Below are positions 10,444 to 22,948 of a DNA stretch of 64,000 bases, one piece after another. Each line of letters starts with the position of its first letter. Position 1 is the stretch's first letter. A program made the position numbers and the translations under genes. The notes below the pieces were generated by a model that worked only from the letters and a program-made list of their open reading frames with translations, made no database searches and was not told the DNA's origin. The stretch comes from Antedon mediterranea (lineage: Eukaryota; Animalia; Echinodermata), in NCBI RefSeq assembly GCF_964355755.1, contig NC_092674.1, positions 12,214,001-12,278,000 on the forward strand, given 5' to 3'.

Positions 10444-10732
10444 AATGCAAGACCATATGCATAGGTCAGCAATGCATCAAGGTATGGGAGGTATGCAACA
10501 ACAAGCAACACAGGGTGTGAGACAGAACCCTAACTACATGGCCATGCAGCCAGACAGACAGAGGCAATTATTGCATCAACAACAGCAACAACAAAAGATG
10601 CAAGCTTTGAGGCAGGGAAATATAGCACAACCTACTGACCAACAAACTGCAGCCCTTGTACGTCAACTGCAGATTCGAATGCCAAGGGGAATGGGACAAC
10701 AGCAGCCAGGCCATCCATACACGTACCAATAA
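10444..10732 (+). CDS. MED12: MED12 terminal coding exon, Q-rich tail (RMQDHMHRSAMHQGMGG...HPYTYQ*)
   Basis: tttacag acceptor with phase 2 matching the previous exon; polyQ; TAA stop at 10730-10732. Confidence 0.87.
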
Positions 10733-10865
10733 ACATTTTAGAATTAAGATAATTCTCTACTGTCGTTGTTTGACTTAACTCATTCTTTTCCCAATATTTA
10801 AAGGAAAAACAACAAAGGATGCTAGTTGCTCCAGTTTGATCTTGAATTAAATTGAGGTTTGGATA

Positions 10866-11390
10866 CATAATAATAATAAGATTTATACAGCGCACATATC
10901 CACAAAAGTGCTGAAGTTTTGTGGAAAACCATGAAACAAATTAACCTTAAACCTAAATACTACTGATAATTTTGACAAAAACCGAAATAAAAACAATACC
11001 AATCGAACCCACATCACTGCTTCCATTTACCAGCAATTTAAGGTGCATAGACCAGCCAGTACATAACTCACAGGTGTTCTCAGTGGTGTGGGTATCTAGC
11101 AAAACAAATTAAAATCAAACAAATTGCCAAAAGCAGCCGACAACAGATGTGTCTTAAGCGCACTCTTGAAAACATCAGTAGATTTGCATGTAACCGATTC
11201 CACAGACGAGGAGCTGAAACAGAAAAAGACCTATCACCCCATGAACGTGCAGATCTGGGCTCAACAATGAGAAACTTGTCACCGGATCCAAGTCTTTGAG
11301 AAGGTATGTACCAAATGAGCAGCAGGCGAAGATACTCTTGATCTTCACCATTTAGTGTCTTTACATCATCTAAAGGACTCATTGGTAACC
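10866..11390 (-). mobile_element. L2-clade LINE 3' fragment(s)
   Basis: Minus strand EPRSARSWGDRSFSVSAPRLWNRL is a typical L2 ORF2 C-terminus; gcgctgtataaatcttattattattat tail at 10866-10895. Confidence 0.6.
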
Positions 11391-12116
11391 AACTGAAAAC
11401 ATAACAGAAATGTAGAATTTAAAACTACTAACAGAAACAAACATGACTGTTGTATTTTGAGTTTACAAATGCCATACAATTGAGCAAAATAAATACCCAG
11501 TATTAAACCATTAATAATAACTATTTATTAAACCTATTATGTTTTGTAAAAGTGTCCACTTTTTATTTAGTTTACCATTGTTGGTAAACATGTATAATTT
11601 AAGGCATTTAAAAAAGTGCATATATTTTAATAGTATTTTTTTGTACAGTAGTTTAAATCTTGGATTATTTTTAACAATAAATATTCTGATTAAATGATGC
11701 TATATTATTCAAAATTTAATTACGTATTATCAGTAATGTAATTTATCATTTGGCTGTGCATTAGATTTATTACATATGTACAGTGGCCAATGGTTAACAT
11801 GATATTTTATATTAATATGATAACATATTTATAATGAATTGAAATCTAGTAACGCAAAGAAGTGTTTCAAAATTTACTATCATGAAAGTTTTAAATATGA
11901 TATTAAAGAAGTAATTTAAAAAAGGACTCTGGCCAGCAATAATGGTGATTAAATATACATTATAGTCTTGGGTGGTGGTAAAGAGAATCTTTCCCAACCA
12001 ACAATATTTTAGCATATTTAGCATTTCAAAATGATATATGGTTATATTTGTAATATAATTATCTTCATAAAATTCACTATTGTCAAATTGAAAATGAATT
12101 ACTATAAACATAGAGG

Positions 12117-12232
12117 GAAGGGTAAGTGTTACCCGAAAGCTCTGCGATTTCTTTCTTGCTGTTTTGATTCCACTGAGATCCAGCCACTGATCCACAGCAT
12201 TGCAATTTAAGTGATTTGCATTTTGATTAATA
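12117..12232 (+). repeat. Second, 5'-truncated copy of the hammerhead-bearing repeat at 10231-10390
   Basis: gaagggtaagtgttacccgaaagctctgc...gagatccagccactgat..cacagcattg is shared with 10231-10360. Confidence 0.8.
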
Positions 12233-12987
12233 TACTATCTTCAAATAAAATTTAGACTTGTTGCATAGAGCTGTATAAATGTTTGATGCATGATCTCATA
12301 AATGTATTAGTTTGTCAACAAAAGTTTCATTTTTATTTTGCTGTATAAATAAAATATGTATTCAAGTCGGTTGTAGTAATGATATAGTCTGAACAGTATG
12401 AAAACATTGTTTCACTTATAACATTTTTCTTACTGGATTATGTTTGTACATTTAAAAAAAAACAAGAAAATTGTAACAAATGTTCAATTATGTAGCAATT
12501 GAATGGTAGGCCTACTTTTGAAATGGGGAATTTCAGTTTTACAATAAAATATAGAGGGAAAGGTGAACAGACAGACATCTTGTATATTGAGTAAGAATCA
12601 TAATAAATGATTGATGAAATTTGTGTCGCTAGTTTTTCTGTAAAGCTAATAATTTCTGACCTATTTATATTAATTTTAAACCCAATTGATTTTAACTCAA
12701 GAAAAAGTATATAATAAGAAAAATTCGAAATCATTGGTTGCTATGGTAATATAATATAATACAAACTCAAAAAAGTGAGGCAAGTCACTATGATTCAATA
12801 ATTATTTGTTATGTATAGCTTCCAGATCATGTAAATATAAATATCTACAATGTGGAAGAGTGGACACAGTTCTTTTGCTAGTGTTTTAGAGAATGTTTTT
12901 CTTGTTTAATGCAATTGATTGATATGAAGACCATACACATATTGGCAACATTTAAAAAAACGTTCTTGACATTGTAACACAATACTG

Positions 12988-13096
12988 AACAAGACCATAT
13001 ACTGTATGTCTGCAGTCGCGTGCGCAAATGTGAGTTAGTGTTTACAGACCGACCGACATGGTAAGGTGTAGAGTCGAGTTTGCACGCGACTAAAAA
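12988..13096 (-). mobile_element. Mini Helentron/DINE-1-like element
   Basis: Subterminal IRs AGTCGCGTG/CACGCGACT and T-run ends, the same ends as 49138-49919. Confidence 0.65.
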
Positions 13097-13689
13097 TCTC
13101 AATAAGAACCCACCTCTGTGGTGTGAACAAGTTATTTCGAGAAAAAAAAATTTCTTAAAATCAAGCCCACTGGGCTATCTTCTTTCTGAGCGTGCATCTC
13201 CCCCTTCCCATCGCTCCCTCTCCTTCTCTTCAATTTGCAAAAGTAAGCTGGAAAAGAAGTAAATCTCGACAAGATGAAATGAAGCCCACCCAAGAGTACT
13301 AAAAAAAGAATAGCCTGTTGGCTTCTTTTCCAAGTTTTACGGTATAAATAACACAAATTATTTCTTAAAGATTTTTAGTCCACTAAAAAAAAATTACAAT
13401 TTTTTGTTTGACATGAAAGTTTAATATCACTAAAATAGTTATTCACTTTTACCACACAAGAAGAAATATTTAGGCCTATCAGAAAATGCAATTTAAAGCA
13501 AAAAAAAAAGAAGGATCTTCCAAATATTTCTGATGGCATCATGTCATCCAGGCCCAGAAAAAATGAATGGCACGTTAACAATGCATGTCCCTGACGTGAC
13601 GTCGGACCAAATTGGAAATAACGCAATTTTGTACTTAGGCCTAATTCCTTTGCATTGTATCAACAAAATGAAACATCAATCTTAATAAA

Positions 13690-14686
13690 TTTACTTGTTT
13701 ACTTACTTGTTTTCTGTTTACTTGTTTACTTACTTCTTTTCTGTTTACTTGTTTCCGGAGCTCAGCATTGCTGGGTCCGGAGTTGAGGTTATGTTGCTAA
13801 CGTTTTCCGTCTTCCGACATTACGTTTTCCACAATTTGTTTCCATTTTTTCCTGTTTATGGCAGGATGGTTTGTTATTGTGTTAGTGTCTACTAGTCCTT
13901 GTAAGTCTTTCTTTATTTGATTCATCCAGTTATTTCTTGGTCTTCCTACGGGTCGTTTTACTTTCCTGTTAGTTTCCTTCATTGTTTGTTTGATTGGGGT
14001 ATCATCCGGTAATCTAATTATGTGTCCATACCATTTTAGTCTCCTTCGTTTAATTCTTTTACTCCATTCTTCTTGTTTTGTTATCTCGTATATTTTCGTG
14101 TTACACACTCTATCTGTTAATTTAATATCTATCATCTTTCGCAACATTTTCCTGTGATATATATCTATACTCTCTTGTAATTTTTTGTTTAGTACCCAGA
14201 GTTCACTGTTATATAAGAAAATACTTGCTATGTATGCGTCAAACAAACGGGATTTCACGTCTATAGACATCGTTTTGTGTTCTAGCGACGACTTCAGCTT
14301 GTTATATGCCATATATAGCTGCTAGTGATTTTCTTCTTTTAATGTCTTTTTCTGTGTCCAAGTTACTACCGAGGTATTTGCACTCTTCCCATTTACTATC
14401 GGTGTTTCTTCCTATTAGGTATTCTTCTGTTTTACTTTCGTTTATCTTTAGATTGAATTCTGCTAATTTCTCTGTTACATTTTTCTTTATTTTAGTTATG
14501 TGTTCTTTTGAGTCGCTAATAAATGAAATGTCATCTGCATACTGCATCTGGATATTAAGCTGTTGTAGGGGTAGTGGTGTTGTGTTTGCTGATTCGAGTG
14601 CCTTTGCTAGGTATAGTGTGAACAGTATCGGAGACATACAGTCACCTTGTGGTACTCCTAGTGTAGTAGTAAACAATTTTCCTGGT
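13690..14686 (-). mobile_element. 5'-truncated RTE-clade LINE (RT C-terminal half, frameshifted) with tandem-repeat tail
   Basis: GVPQGDCMSPILF...QYADD (14302..14676) and RRLKWYGHIIR...RPVGRP (13797..14312); frameshift near 14312; (gtaaacaa/gtaa)n tail at 13690-13755. Confidence 0.9.
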
Positions 14687-15090
14687 TAGGTTAAAGACTC
14701 CATGGTTAAATTCAACAAAAAACACAGCAGCCAATTAACTTAGATTGATTTTTTTTTTCTGTTTTTTCTATTCAAGTGATTAACTTTGTTAAAAATGGCT
14801 TAAAAGTCAGATTATATCTTAAATCTAAAGGAAAACATCGATGCATGTTGATAGTTTGAAAAATGTACAAAAAACGGTAGGCCTATTTATAGATCTATCA
14901 ACTGTAGACATATTAGTGTAGCGGCCATATTTGATATATTGAATTTCAAAATTTACTAGAAACGCACAAATTTTATTTTAAAATATAGGCCTAGGTCTAA
15001 TAGAAATATTGCAAGAGTAGGCCCATTATTTTTACAACAATAATACAGAGGCCTAGATAAAATTCACAATATAACATGATATTTTCCTTA

Positions 15091-15269
15091 AGCTTGGTTC
15101 CCACTAGAACGTGACGCAAGGACGTAAACGCAACGCAAGCGTTTTAACCAATGACAAGCGAAGTTATAGACAGTTAGCAATCACAAGCGAATAAGCCATC
15201 GCTTGTGATTAGTCAATTCACCTGCGTTGCATTACGTCCTTGTGTTGCGTCGCTAGTGGGAACCACGCT
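15091..15269. mobile_element. PIF/Harbinger-type MITE
   Basis: TIR AGCTTGGTTCCCACTAG...CTAGTGGGAACCACGCT, TTA target duplication, internally palindromic. Confidence 0.8.
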
Positions 15270-16014
15270 TTATTATAATTTTATTCAATCAATTATTATG
15301 ATTGATATGTAATGGATTTATCGTTAAATCAGTAGTTGTAAAATTGTTTTGCCAACTTATGATATTTACGTATTTTTTTATATTTGATTAGACGTAGGGC
15401 CATCCATTATACTAATCTGGAATTCCTTTTATCTCATGGAATTTGTTAATGTTAAAAATTGTATTAGTAAATGTGCTTATGTTTCTTAGGATCCGCGTCT
15501 GTTCCAAGCTGTATATTATGATTTTGATTTTATTTTGTTTTTGTTTCGCAGAACATTTACATAACCTGTCCCCCACTGATACTGACTACAGTAATAGTCG
15601 TAACACTTTTCTTTAAAACTAACTTATTTTTAGAAAGAAAACAGGAATGGTAGGTGATTTGTGCATATGTCAATTATAGTTAAAAGTAACGAGGTATCAA
15701 TCCAAAATGATGTAGCCAGAATGATGTTTGGTCTAACGTAAACAAACTCAACCCATCTAAATGTAAAACTATGTATTTTAACTTTAAAAAAACCAATGTG
15801 AACATGAGCCATTTTTTATTGTTAATAATGCAATTGAAATTTTTGAAGAAACAAAGTTGCTAGGCTTATTGATACAAGTCAATCTCTGGGATCGTAGAGT
15901 TAAAGAATTTGTATCTAAAGCCAGCATACCTGTAAATTATGAAAGTTTTATCTTCCTCAATATCTTGTAGATAGCTACCAATATCAGAAAAGTGTCGAAT
16001 ATGCTGTCCCGCTA

Positions 16015-16943
16015 GCGATTTTTTTTTTCGTACATAAGTTGGGGACCCCCTCATGAAACGTCACAAAATAAACATGAATAATTCATCAGTTAAATTTTCT
16101 TGTTCCGTGTTCACCCAAGCGTATAGTGATTGTATAGTATTGTGATTACACAAGTGGGGTACGATTCTAGGCCTATCTCCGCTGTTGTTGCGGCGTGCGA
16201 TTTCATAGAAGAATAGCGGCGTTTTGTGTGGATTGTCGAAATAATCAGCCTTTAGTTTATGATGTTTTTAAATAATTTATTACTAAAGAATTACGTGTTA
16301 AAATTATAGTTTCTATTAATACTATTAGGCCTAATTATTAGTCTCTAAACTCATGTCTATTCTAGTAGTAGCTGTGTGGGTGTGTGTGACGTGTGTGTGT
16401 TAGGTATGACCAAAGATAGTTACACTATCTTTGGTATGACACAATCCGAGTAATAAGTCAGCAAAATTAAACAATAAACATTACACAAAAATACATTTTT
16501 TATTCTCGTGGGTCAAATCTTCCCATCTCATGTGTTCATATACGCGCATTTCCTCTGAGTACATGCATATTGTTTGATAATAAAATAGCAGAATTAAAAA
16601 AATACAGTACACAAATTATACACATTCTTTATTCTTGTGGGTCTAAGCTTTCTTTGGGCTATGTCCAATGAATTACTATACTTAGTTCATTGTCTTGCCC
16701 AGCTGTCGATTAGCCTCGACTCGACAAATTTTGTGTGAAGAAGAGTGCGCGAAGGCAATCGCGTGAATTGACTTAGAATCCTAGGCCTACTGTTGAAAGT
16801 ATCGTATCGCAGTTGTGTAATCACTTCTTGTTGCTATACGCTTGGGTGCACACAGAACAACAAATTTAACTGATGAATTATTCATGTTTATTTTGTGACG
16901 TTTCATGAGGGGTCCCTAACTTATGTACGAAAAAAAAAATCGC
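16015..16943. mobile_element. MULE/Mutator-type non-autonomous element with ~110-bp TIRs
   Basis: GCGATTTTTTTTTTCGTACATAAG...CCCAAGCGTATAG is mirrored at the right end; exact 9-bp TSD GTCCCGCTA (16006-16014, 16944-16952). Confidence 0.9.
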
Positions 16944-18672
16944 GTCCCGCTATGGCATTCTAGCTAAGAAACAAAGTTACATGATAGAATCTGTTCAAAT
17001 AAGGGCTTGTAGAATAATTTTGTGTCATGATATACATATGTTTTGAGCAAGCACTCCTGATCTTTCCCTAGACACACTATCTGATAGAAGGCGTAATCTA
17101 TGCTATCCCTGAGTTGTTTAAAAAGTATTCATTTTGATAAATGGTTTCCAGTGAATAATAGTAACATGAAGCTAAGACGTGTAAATTGAAATATACATAG
17201 AAAAGTGCAATCCCATTTCTTATATAAATGCATGATTTGTTCTTTTATAACTTGCAATACAGTACCTATAACTTGATATCATGACTACAGTGCAGTAACA
17301 GTTTTAAAATCTGGTTTACCTTTGTATTTGTACTTTTTCTTCGTATCTGTTTTTTCGTTTGTTTCCTGGATGTATGATTTTTACCGTTTTTAAATACTTT
17401 TATCGTTTTATACATTTTAATGTAAATACACAGTAATTCAGCTTCGACTGAGACAGTGATATGAATAAAAGAAACTTGAAATTTGAACTTGAACAATAAT
17501 TGTGTAAGACGTGTAATCTGAAGGTCTATATCATTGTTTTAGATGACCTTTCCTAATTCAATTAGGCCTATCCGTTGAATTTTAAGAGTTGGAAACATAA
17601 GTTTCTGGGTTTTATGAACCATATGTCCTAATTACACAACATTCGAATTGTTCATGCAATATCCTTTAATATTGTTTTTTAATATAGTTTGAATTTGATT
17701 CAAGAAGATCTTATTGAATGTTGTATATTATAAATTCATAGGCCCTAGCTCATAATATACAGTAGTAATGTTTGAATAAATATGATGCGAAAATGCCTCA
17801 CTTTCCAATCATTGAGTAGACTTTGGAATTTATATAGCTCCCTCTATATGTCACAAAGCTTAACTTGATTGATGAGCTACTAATAAGTTGTTGCAGTAAT
17901 GTTTCTATTTTAGTCCGGAAGTGGTTTTCTATCCGTGTGAGTACAGTGAGCACATGCCGGTTGTTTATAGATGTTCATAACATTTCTGTATCGCAAACCA
18001 TGCTTTTTATGTAGAGATATAATTTCAACATCAACCATCGTTACGTCTGCCTTTCTTTTTAAGTGTTTGACACTTTATTACCGGCGTATATAAACTTTTT
18101 CGTAAGTACAATTCACTGTCTTTAGACTTTCTCCACTGATTTTATCAGTGATAGTTTCCCTAGACTCTAAATCTCTTTAGTACCACTTAACTTTTCTTCC
18201 CATCCTTTTTCTAACAGTTACAGTGTACCATCACCACTGGGGATGCTGAATTAGGCTAGCGTTCTTATCATTTTCCTGCCTTTAGTTAGAGGCCTGACTA
18301 ATGTAGGATTTAAACTGGAAAATAATATTTAAAAAGTGTACCGTATGTGTGCTGATGTGGGTTAATCGTGCATACATTTTTGGATGATGCATACACTACC
18401 TTTACTTTATAGAAAAAAACCCTCCAACAAAAATCAATTAAGGTGCCCTTGCTTGTACTAACCATGCCTCCATTACCCAACCATGCTCTCTAGTGTATAA
18501 TTATTAGCCCTGTGCAATCCTGTTTACAATCAGAGAATCAACATGAACTGTGCTTGACACTTCACTGTGAGTATTTCAAACAAACAATGAATGTGTGTTC
18601 ACTATTTGGTCATCCATAATACATAGGCCTATTTGTTTTACAAAATGTACATAATTCAGCCACAGACACCCC

Positions 18673-18801
18673 TGTTGTATATAATAAATTATAATGCAAA
18701 GTAAGGGCTCTAAACACAGCGTGTACAACTAAACATTTATTCAGAAAAGAGAGAACAATTATGGCACGCCAAAGGCGTCGTTACAACATGCATATATAAC
18801 A
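18673..18801 (-). repeat. 3' LTR (129 bp)
   Basis: Identical to 22967-23095; contains AATAAA on the minus strand. Confidence 0.95.
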
Positions 18802-18970
18802 CATCCTCCCTACCATTTTAAGAATAGTAAAGACTAGATTCTAGAGTTCTGTACTGTTCTGTAATCATTCGTAATTATAATGTTTCAATCAAAGTTTTCT
18901 GTATAATATCTTTCAATGCAATAATGAATAATAAAGTTCAACTAAAATCAACTTCTTGTTTCATGTCTAT

Positions 18971-21900
18971 TTACAAGTCTAGTCTCTTTGGTGGGCGAAT
19001 ATTATTTCTTTTTGGATATCGACGTATGGGTGCAGTTTCTTGTGTAAGAGATGCGCTGCCAGTTGTAACAGGTGTGTCGGCGTTAACATTTCGAGTAAGG
19101 TTATCTGATTGTGGAGCGTCTGTTGGATTTAGTATTTCTGGAACATGGTCATCCTGGGTGAATATTTCTGTAGGAGTGACATTCACCATAGTTGGGTGTA
19201 GTTGATCAGCATGACGCCTCCATACTGTTCCAAGTCCTGTGTCAACTGTGTAAGATAGTGGACCAGTTTTTCCTTGTATTTGAGCTGGTATCCATTTCTG
19301 GTTTGTGTTACGATAATCACGGACCATTACTGATTGTCCGGGTTGAAACTCTCGGATACTGGTTCCACAATGTTTTGCAAACTTCATACGATCTTGACCT
19401 TTCAAGACAGTAGCTGTTAGATCCGGTTTCAAAAGATCCAAACGCGTTCGTAGATTGCGTCCGTAGAGTAATTTTGCAGGTGTTTCCTTGGTAAGTGTAT
19501 GAGGAGTTGTTCTGTACTTAAACAGAAATGTACTCAGATGTTGCTGTAATGAACAACAACTGTTTCCTCTTGCTTGCTTAATGGCCAATTTAAACGTTTG
19601 CACAAATCTCTCTGCTAGGCCATTTGTTCTGGGGTGATATGGGGATGATGTGGTATGTCGAATACCATTTGCTTTCATGAAATCTGTAAATTCCTCCGAC
19701 TTAAATTGAGGACCGTTGTCCGATACAATTTGTCTGGGAATACCATATTGGCTAAACATAATTCGCAATTTCTCAATAGTCAGTTGTGCTGTAGTAGATC
19801 TCATTGGATAAACTTCTGGCCATTTGCTATGGGCGTCAACAACAATTAAAAACATAGAGTTCATGAATGGCCCTGCAAAATCTATATGTAAGCGATCCCA
19901 TGGGGCAGATGGCCACTCCCAAGGGTGTACTGGTGCGGATTTTGGCATTTTGCTTGTTTGCTGGCAACCGATACAAGATTTACAAACTTGTTCAATTTCG
20001 CAATCAATGTTAGGCCACCAGATGTAAGAGCGAGCTAAGTTTTTCATCTTAACAATCCCAATGTGTCCATCATGTATTTCATTAAGAATAGCAGCACGAA
20101 GTCTATCTGGAATTAGTACTCGATTTCCCCACATTAAACACCCTTGATGGCAAGTAAGTTCTGTAAGACGGCGCTTGTAGGGTGTGTACGCTTCTTGGTC
20201 AGGAAGTTTGTTAGTCCCTTTTAAAACAGTATCTAATACGTGTGACAGAATCTGATCTTTCTGTGTTTCTTTCCGTATTTCTGTACTTGATATCGGCAAC
20301 CTTTCAATCTGGGAGGTGTAGAATGTAGATGCCTCATCGACGTAATCAATCACATCTGTAGGTATAGGCAATCTACTCAATCCATCAGCATTCCCATGAG
20401 CGTGCGTGTTGCGATATTCGATATCATATGTATGTCCAGATAGGTAAAGGGCATATCTTTGAAGTCTTGCAGCAGTCATTGCTGGAATTGACTTTTGTGG
20501 ATGCAAGATGCTTACTAGCGGCTTATGATCTGTCACCAAAGTAAAATGTCGGCCATGCAGGTAAGTATGAAACTTTTGTATTCCCCAATAAAGTCCTAAT
20601 GCTTCCTTATCTATTTGGGCATAGCCCTTTTCAGCTTTTGTTAAGGAGCGAGAAGCAAATGCAATTGGTCTTTCCTTTCCGTCTGGCATAATATGTGAAA
20701 GAACGCTACCAAGGCCGTATGGCGATGCATCACAGGCTAGTTTAACTGTTAGTTCAGGATTATAGTGGCATAGAACTTGGTCTGAAGTTATAAGTTCTTT
20801 GACCGCTTTAAAAGCTTCATCACATGAATTTGTCCATTTCCAAGTTTTTTCATTTTGTAAGAGTTCATTCAGGGGTGCGACTATGGACGATAAGTTTGGC
20901 AAAAACCTACGATAGTAATTTATTAAACCCAAGAATGATCGCATTTGCTGTTTGTTGTCAGGTTTTGGCGCATTGATAACTGCATGTATCTTGTCAGGGG
21001 ATTTCTGTAACCCTTTTTCAGTTATCACATGACCACAGTATGTGATGTCTTCTTTGAAAAACTCACATTTCTCACGATTTACTCTTAAGTTGTATTTCTC
21101 TAATCTCTCTAAAACTGTGTCCAAGTTTTTTAAGTGTTCCTCAGTTGTTTTTCCGCTGATGATCATATCATCCAATATGCAAGATGTAAAGGGTACATTT
21201 TGCAGTACCTGGTCCATCGCTCTTTGCCAGATTGCAGGAGCTGAGGCTACACCAAATGGAAGTCGGTTATATCTAAATAACCCTTTATGCGTATTAATAG
21301 TTAACAGTTCCTTTGAAGTGTCTTCCACTTCCATCTGTAAATATGCTTGTTTAAGGTCAATTTTTGTAAATTTCTGACCTCCTGCTAGAGATGCAAAGAT
21401 ATCTTCTATTTTAGGTAATGGGTACTGTTCTACTTTCATCACAGGATTAATTGTAACTTTAAAGTCACCACAGATTCTAACTTGCCCTGACTTCTTCTGT
21501 ACAGGTACAATGGGAGCTGCCCATTCGCTGTATTTCACAGGGCTAATAATCTCTTGATTTTGTAGTCGTCCAAGCTCTTTTTCGACCTTGTCCCTCATTG
21601 AATATGGGACATTTCTTGGCTTGTGGAACTGTGGTTTGCTGTTTTCAGTGATGTAGATACTAGCTTTAATATTCTCCAGTTTCCCCAATTCATCTTTAAA
21701 AACAGCTTTATGTTTTTCTAAAATTTCATCCAGACCTTTAGTTGTTGCTTTTGCCTCATCAATGGCTTTTATTTCATGCCAATCTAATTTAAACTTCTTT
21801 AGCCAATCACGTCCGAATAAGGCTGGTCCGTTCAATGGAACGACCAATAACTCTGCAATTTCTTCATGATTGTTAAGACACACTTTAGCATTTAGCATGC

Positions 21901-22948
21901 CTATTGGTACAATAGTCTCACCAGAATATGTTTTCAACCTAATTGTAGTTTTCTGTAATGGTAACGACTGGAATGCTTTCTTGTAGGTCAACTCTGGAAT
22001 CAGTGATACTGATGATCCAGTGTCCAATTCCATAGGGATTTTCTTTCCATTTATAGATGCAACCACTATAATTGGCTCCACTTTTGACTTATGATTTGCA
22101 TATAGCATAGGTTCATAGTTGACTTCCTCTCCCTGTACATACTGTACATTCTTTTTAAGGTTACCAGTGTTAGGCTTTGACACATTATTGTCTTTCTTTT
22201 TCTTCATGCATACTTTTTCTAGATGTCCTTCCTTGGAACAGTAATTGCAAACAGTATGTATGTGCCTGCAGCGATCAGCTTTATGGCCTGTATTACCACA
22301 TCTGTAACAGTGTGTAGATGCTTTACTTTGTTTATGACCTTGGTGTCTTTTAGATTGGTAATTTTTTGTAGTAAACTTATTTACATTGCTCTCACCTGTA
22401 GTATTTGGTGTCCTTGTTTTCTGAAATTCTGTAGCATCACGACTTGCTGTTTCCATAGCTACAGCGGTTTTAATTGCATCATCTAATTTAAGGTCATGAA
22501 CCGCCAGTAAACGTTTCTGAATGTTCTCTTGACGCAACCCGCAGACGAAAATGTCTCGCAGTGTCGAGGTCAAAGTGTTTCCGAAATTGCAATGAATGGC
22601 TAACCTTCGTAGTTCAGCAATGTATGAAGCAATGCTTTCCCCGCTATGCTGTTCTCTTTTGTAGAACCGAAATCGTTCAGCGATTTCCGATGGCTTTGGG
22701 CAAAGATGTGTCGTGAGCTTTGTAATTAAATCTGCGTAAGACAGTGTCGCTGGTTTCTCCGGTGAACACAAATTCTTTAGTAGCGTGTACGTTTTCGGTC
22801 CGATGAGTGCAAGCAATGCCGGTACCTTCCGATCATCATCGACCTTGTTGGCTACAAAATATTGATCTAACCGTTCGGTATACGAATCCCAAGCTTCTAA
22901 AGATGAATCAAATTCTTCCACCTTTCCTATTATAACTGCCATGCTCAT
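18971..22948 (-). CDS. Gag-Pol polyprotein (2 CCHC knuckles, aspartic protease, RT, RNase H, integrase)
   Basis: CYRCGNTGHKADRC and CNYCSKEGHLEKVC; LDTGS; RT with ILDD; CDAS; HHCC and DD35E (IDF, SDNG, AER); GPLSY. First ATG is at 22948 (the track starts at TTG 22960). Confidence 0.96.
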   Translation of the reverse strand: MSMAVIIGKVEEFDSSLEAWDSYTERLDQYFVANKVDDDRKVPALLALIGPKTYTLLKNLCSPEKPATLSYADLITKLTTHLCPKPSEIAERFRFYKREQHSGESIASYIAELRRLAIHCNFGNTLTSTLRDIFVCGLRQENIQKRLLAVHDLKLDDAIKTAVAMETASRDATEFQKTRTPNTTGESNVNKFTTKNYQSKRHQGHKQSKASTHCYRCGNTGHKADRCRHIHTVCNYCSKEGHLEKVCMKKKKDNNVSKPNTGNLKKNVQYVQGEEVNYEPMLYANHKSKVEPIIVVASINGKKIPMELDTGSSVSLIPELTYKKAFQSLPLQKTTIRLKTYSGETIVPIGMLNAKVCLNNHEEIAELLVVPLNGPALFGRDWLKKFKLDWHEIKAIDEAKATTKGLDEILEKHKAVFKDELGKLENIKASIYITENSKPQFHKPRNVPYSMRDKVEKELGRLQNQEIISPVKYSEWAAPIVPVQKKSGQVRICGDFKVTINPVMKVEQYPLPKIEDIFASLAGGQKFTKIDLKQAYLQMEVEDTSKELLTINTHKGLFRYNRLPFGVASAPAIWQRAMDQVLQNVPFTSCILDDMIISGKTTEEHLKNLDTVLERLEKYNLRVNREKCEFFKEDITYCGHVITEKGLQKSPDKIHAVINAPKPDNKQQMRSFLGLINYYRRFLPNLSSIVAPLNELLQNEKTWKWTNSCDEAFKAVKELITSDQVLCHYNPELTVKLACDASPYGLGSVLSHIMPDGKERPIAFASRSLTKAEKGYAQIDKEALGLYWGIQKFHTYLHGRHFTLVTDHKPLVSILHPQKSIPAMTAARLQRYALYLSGHTYDIEYRNTHAHGNADGLSRLPIPTDVIDYVDEASTFYTSQIERLPISSTEIRKETQKDQILSHVLDTVLKGTNKLPDQEAYTPYKRRLTELTCHQGCLMWGNRVLIPDRLRAAILNEIHDGHIGIVKMKNLARSYIWWPNIDCEIEQVCKSCIGCQQTSKMPKSAPVHPWEWPSAPWDRLHIDFAGPFMNSMFLIVVDAHSKWPEVYPMRSTTAQLTIEKLRIMFSQYGIPRQIVSDNGPQFKSEEFTDFMKANGIRHTTSSPYHPRTNGLAERFVQTFKLAIKQARGNSCCSLQQHLSTFLFKYRTTPHTLTKETPAKLLYGRNLRTRLDLLKPDLTATVLKGQDRMKFAKHCGTSIREFQPGQSVMVRDYRNTNQKWIPAQIQGKTGPLSYTVDTGLGTVWRRHADQLHPTMVNVTPTEIFTQDDHVPEILNPTDAPQSDNLTRNVNADTPVTTGSASLTQETAPIRRYPKRNNIRPPKRLDL

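Larger units (their letters stand above)
435..10732 (+). other. MED12: MED12 gene, 3' portion (11 coding exons visible; 5' part lies upstream of the window)
   Basis: Exons join with GT-AG boundaries and consistent phases into ...[28 protein letters not shown]...HEALQLRLSLVGSMFDT...LFTIVLDMLSVLIN...EEN...KKLRRELG...VRQLLP...GLQVSTKQKVNPWD...APLSWTWFG..., matching the remembered metazoan MED12 C-terminal half, followed by a Q-rich tail. Confidence 0.95.

Noticed and set aside
17500-18205. Minus-strand coding-like stretch (…HKKHGLRYRNVMNIYKQPACAHCTH…)
   Set aside because: Multiple stops and frameshifts and no recognisable family; possibly an old transposase relic but unsupported without a search.
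18924-22486. Plus-strand ORFs overlapping the Gypsy element
   Set aside because: Antisense shadows of gag-pol; the same applies to ORFs opposite the Sola2, RTE and CR1 ORFs.
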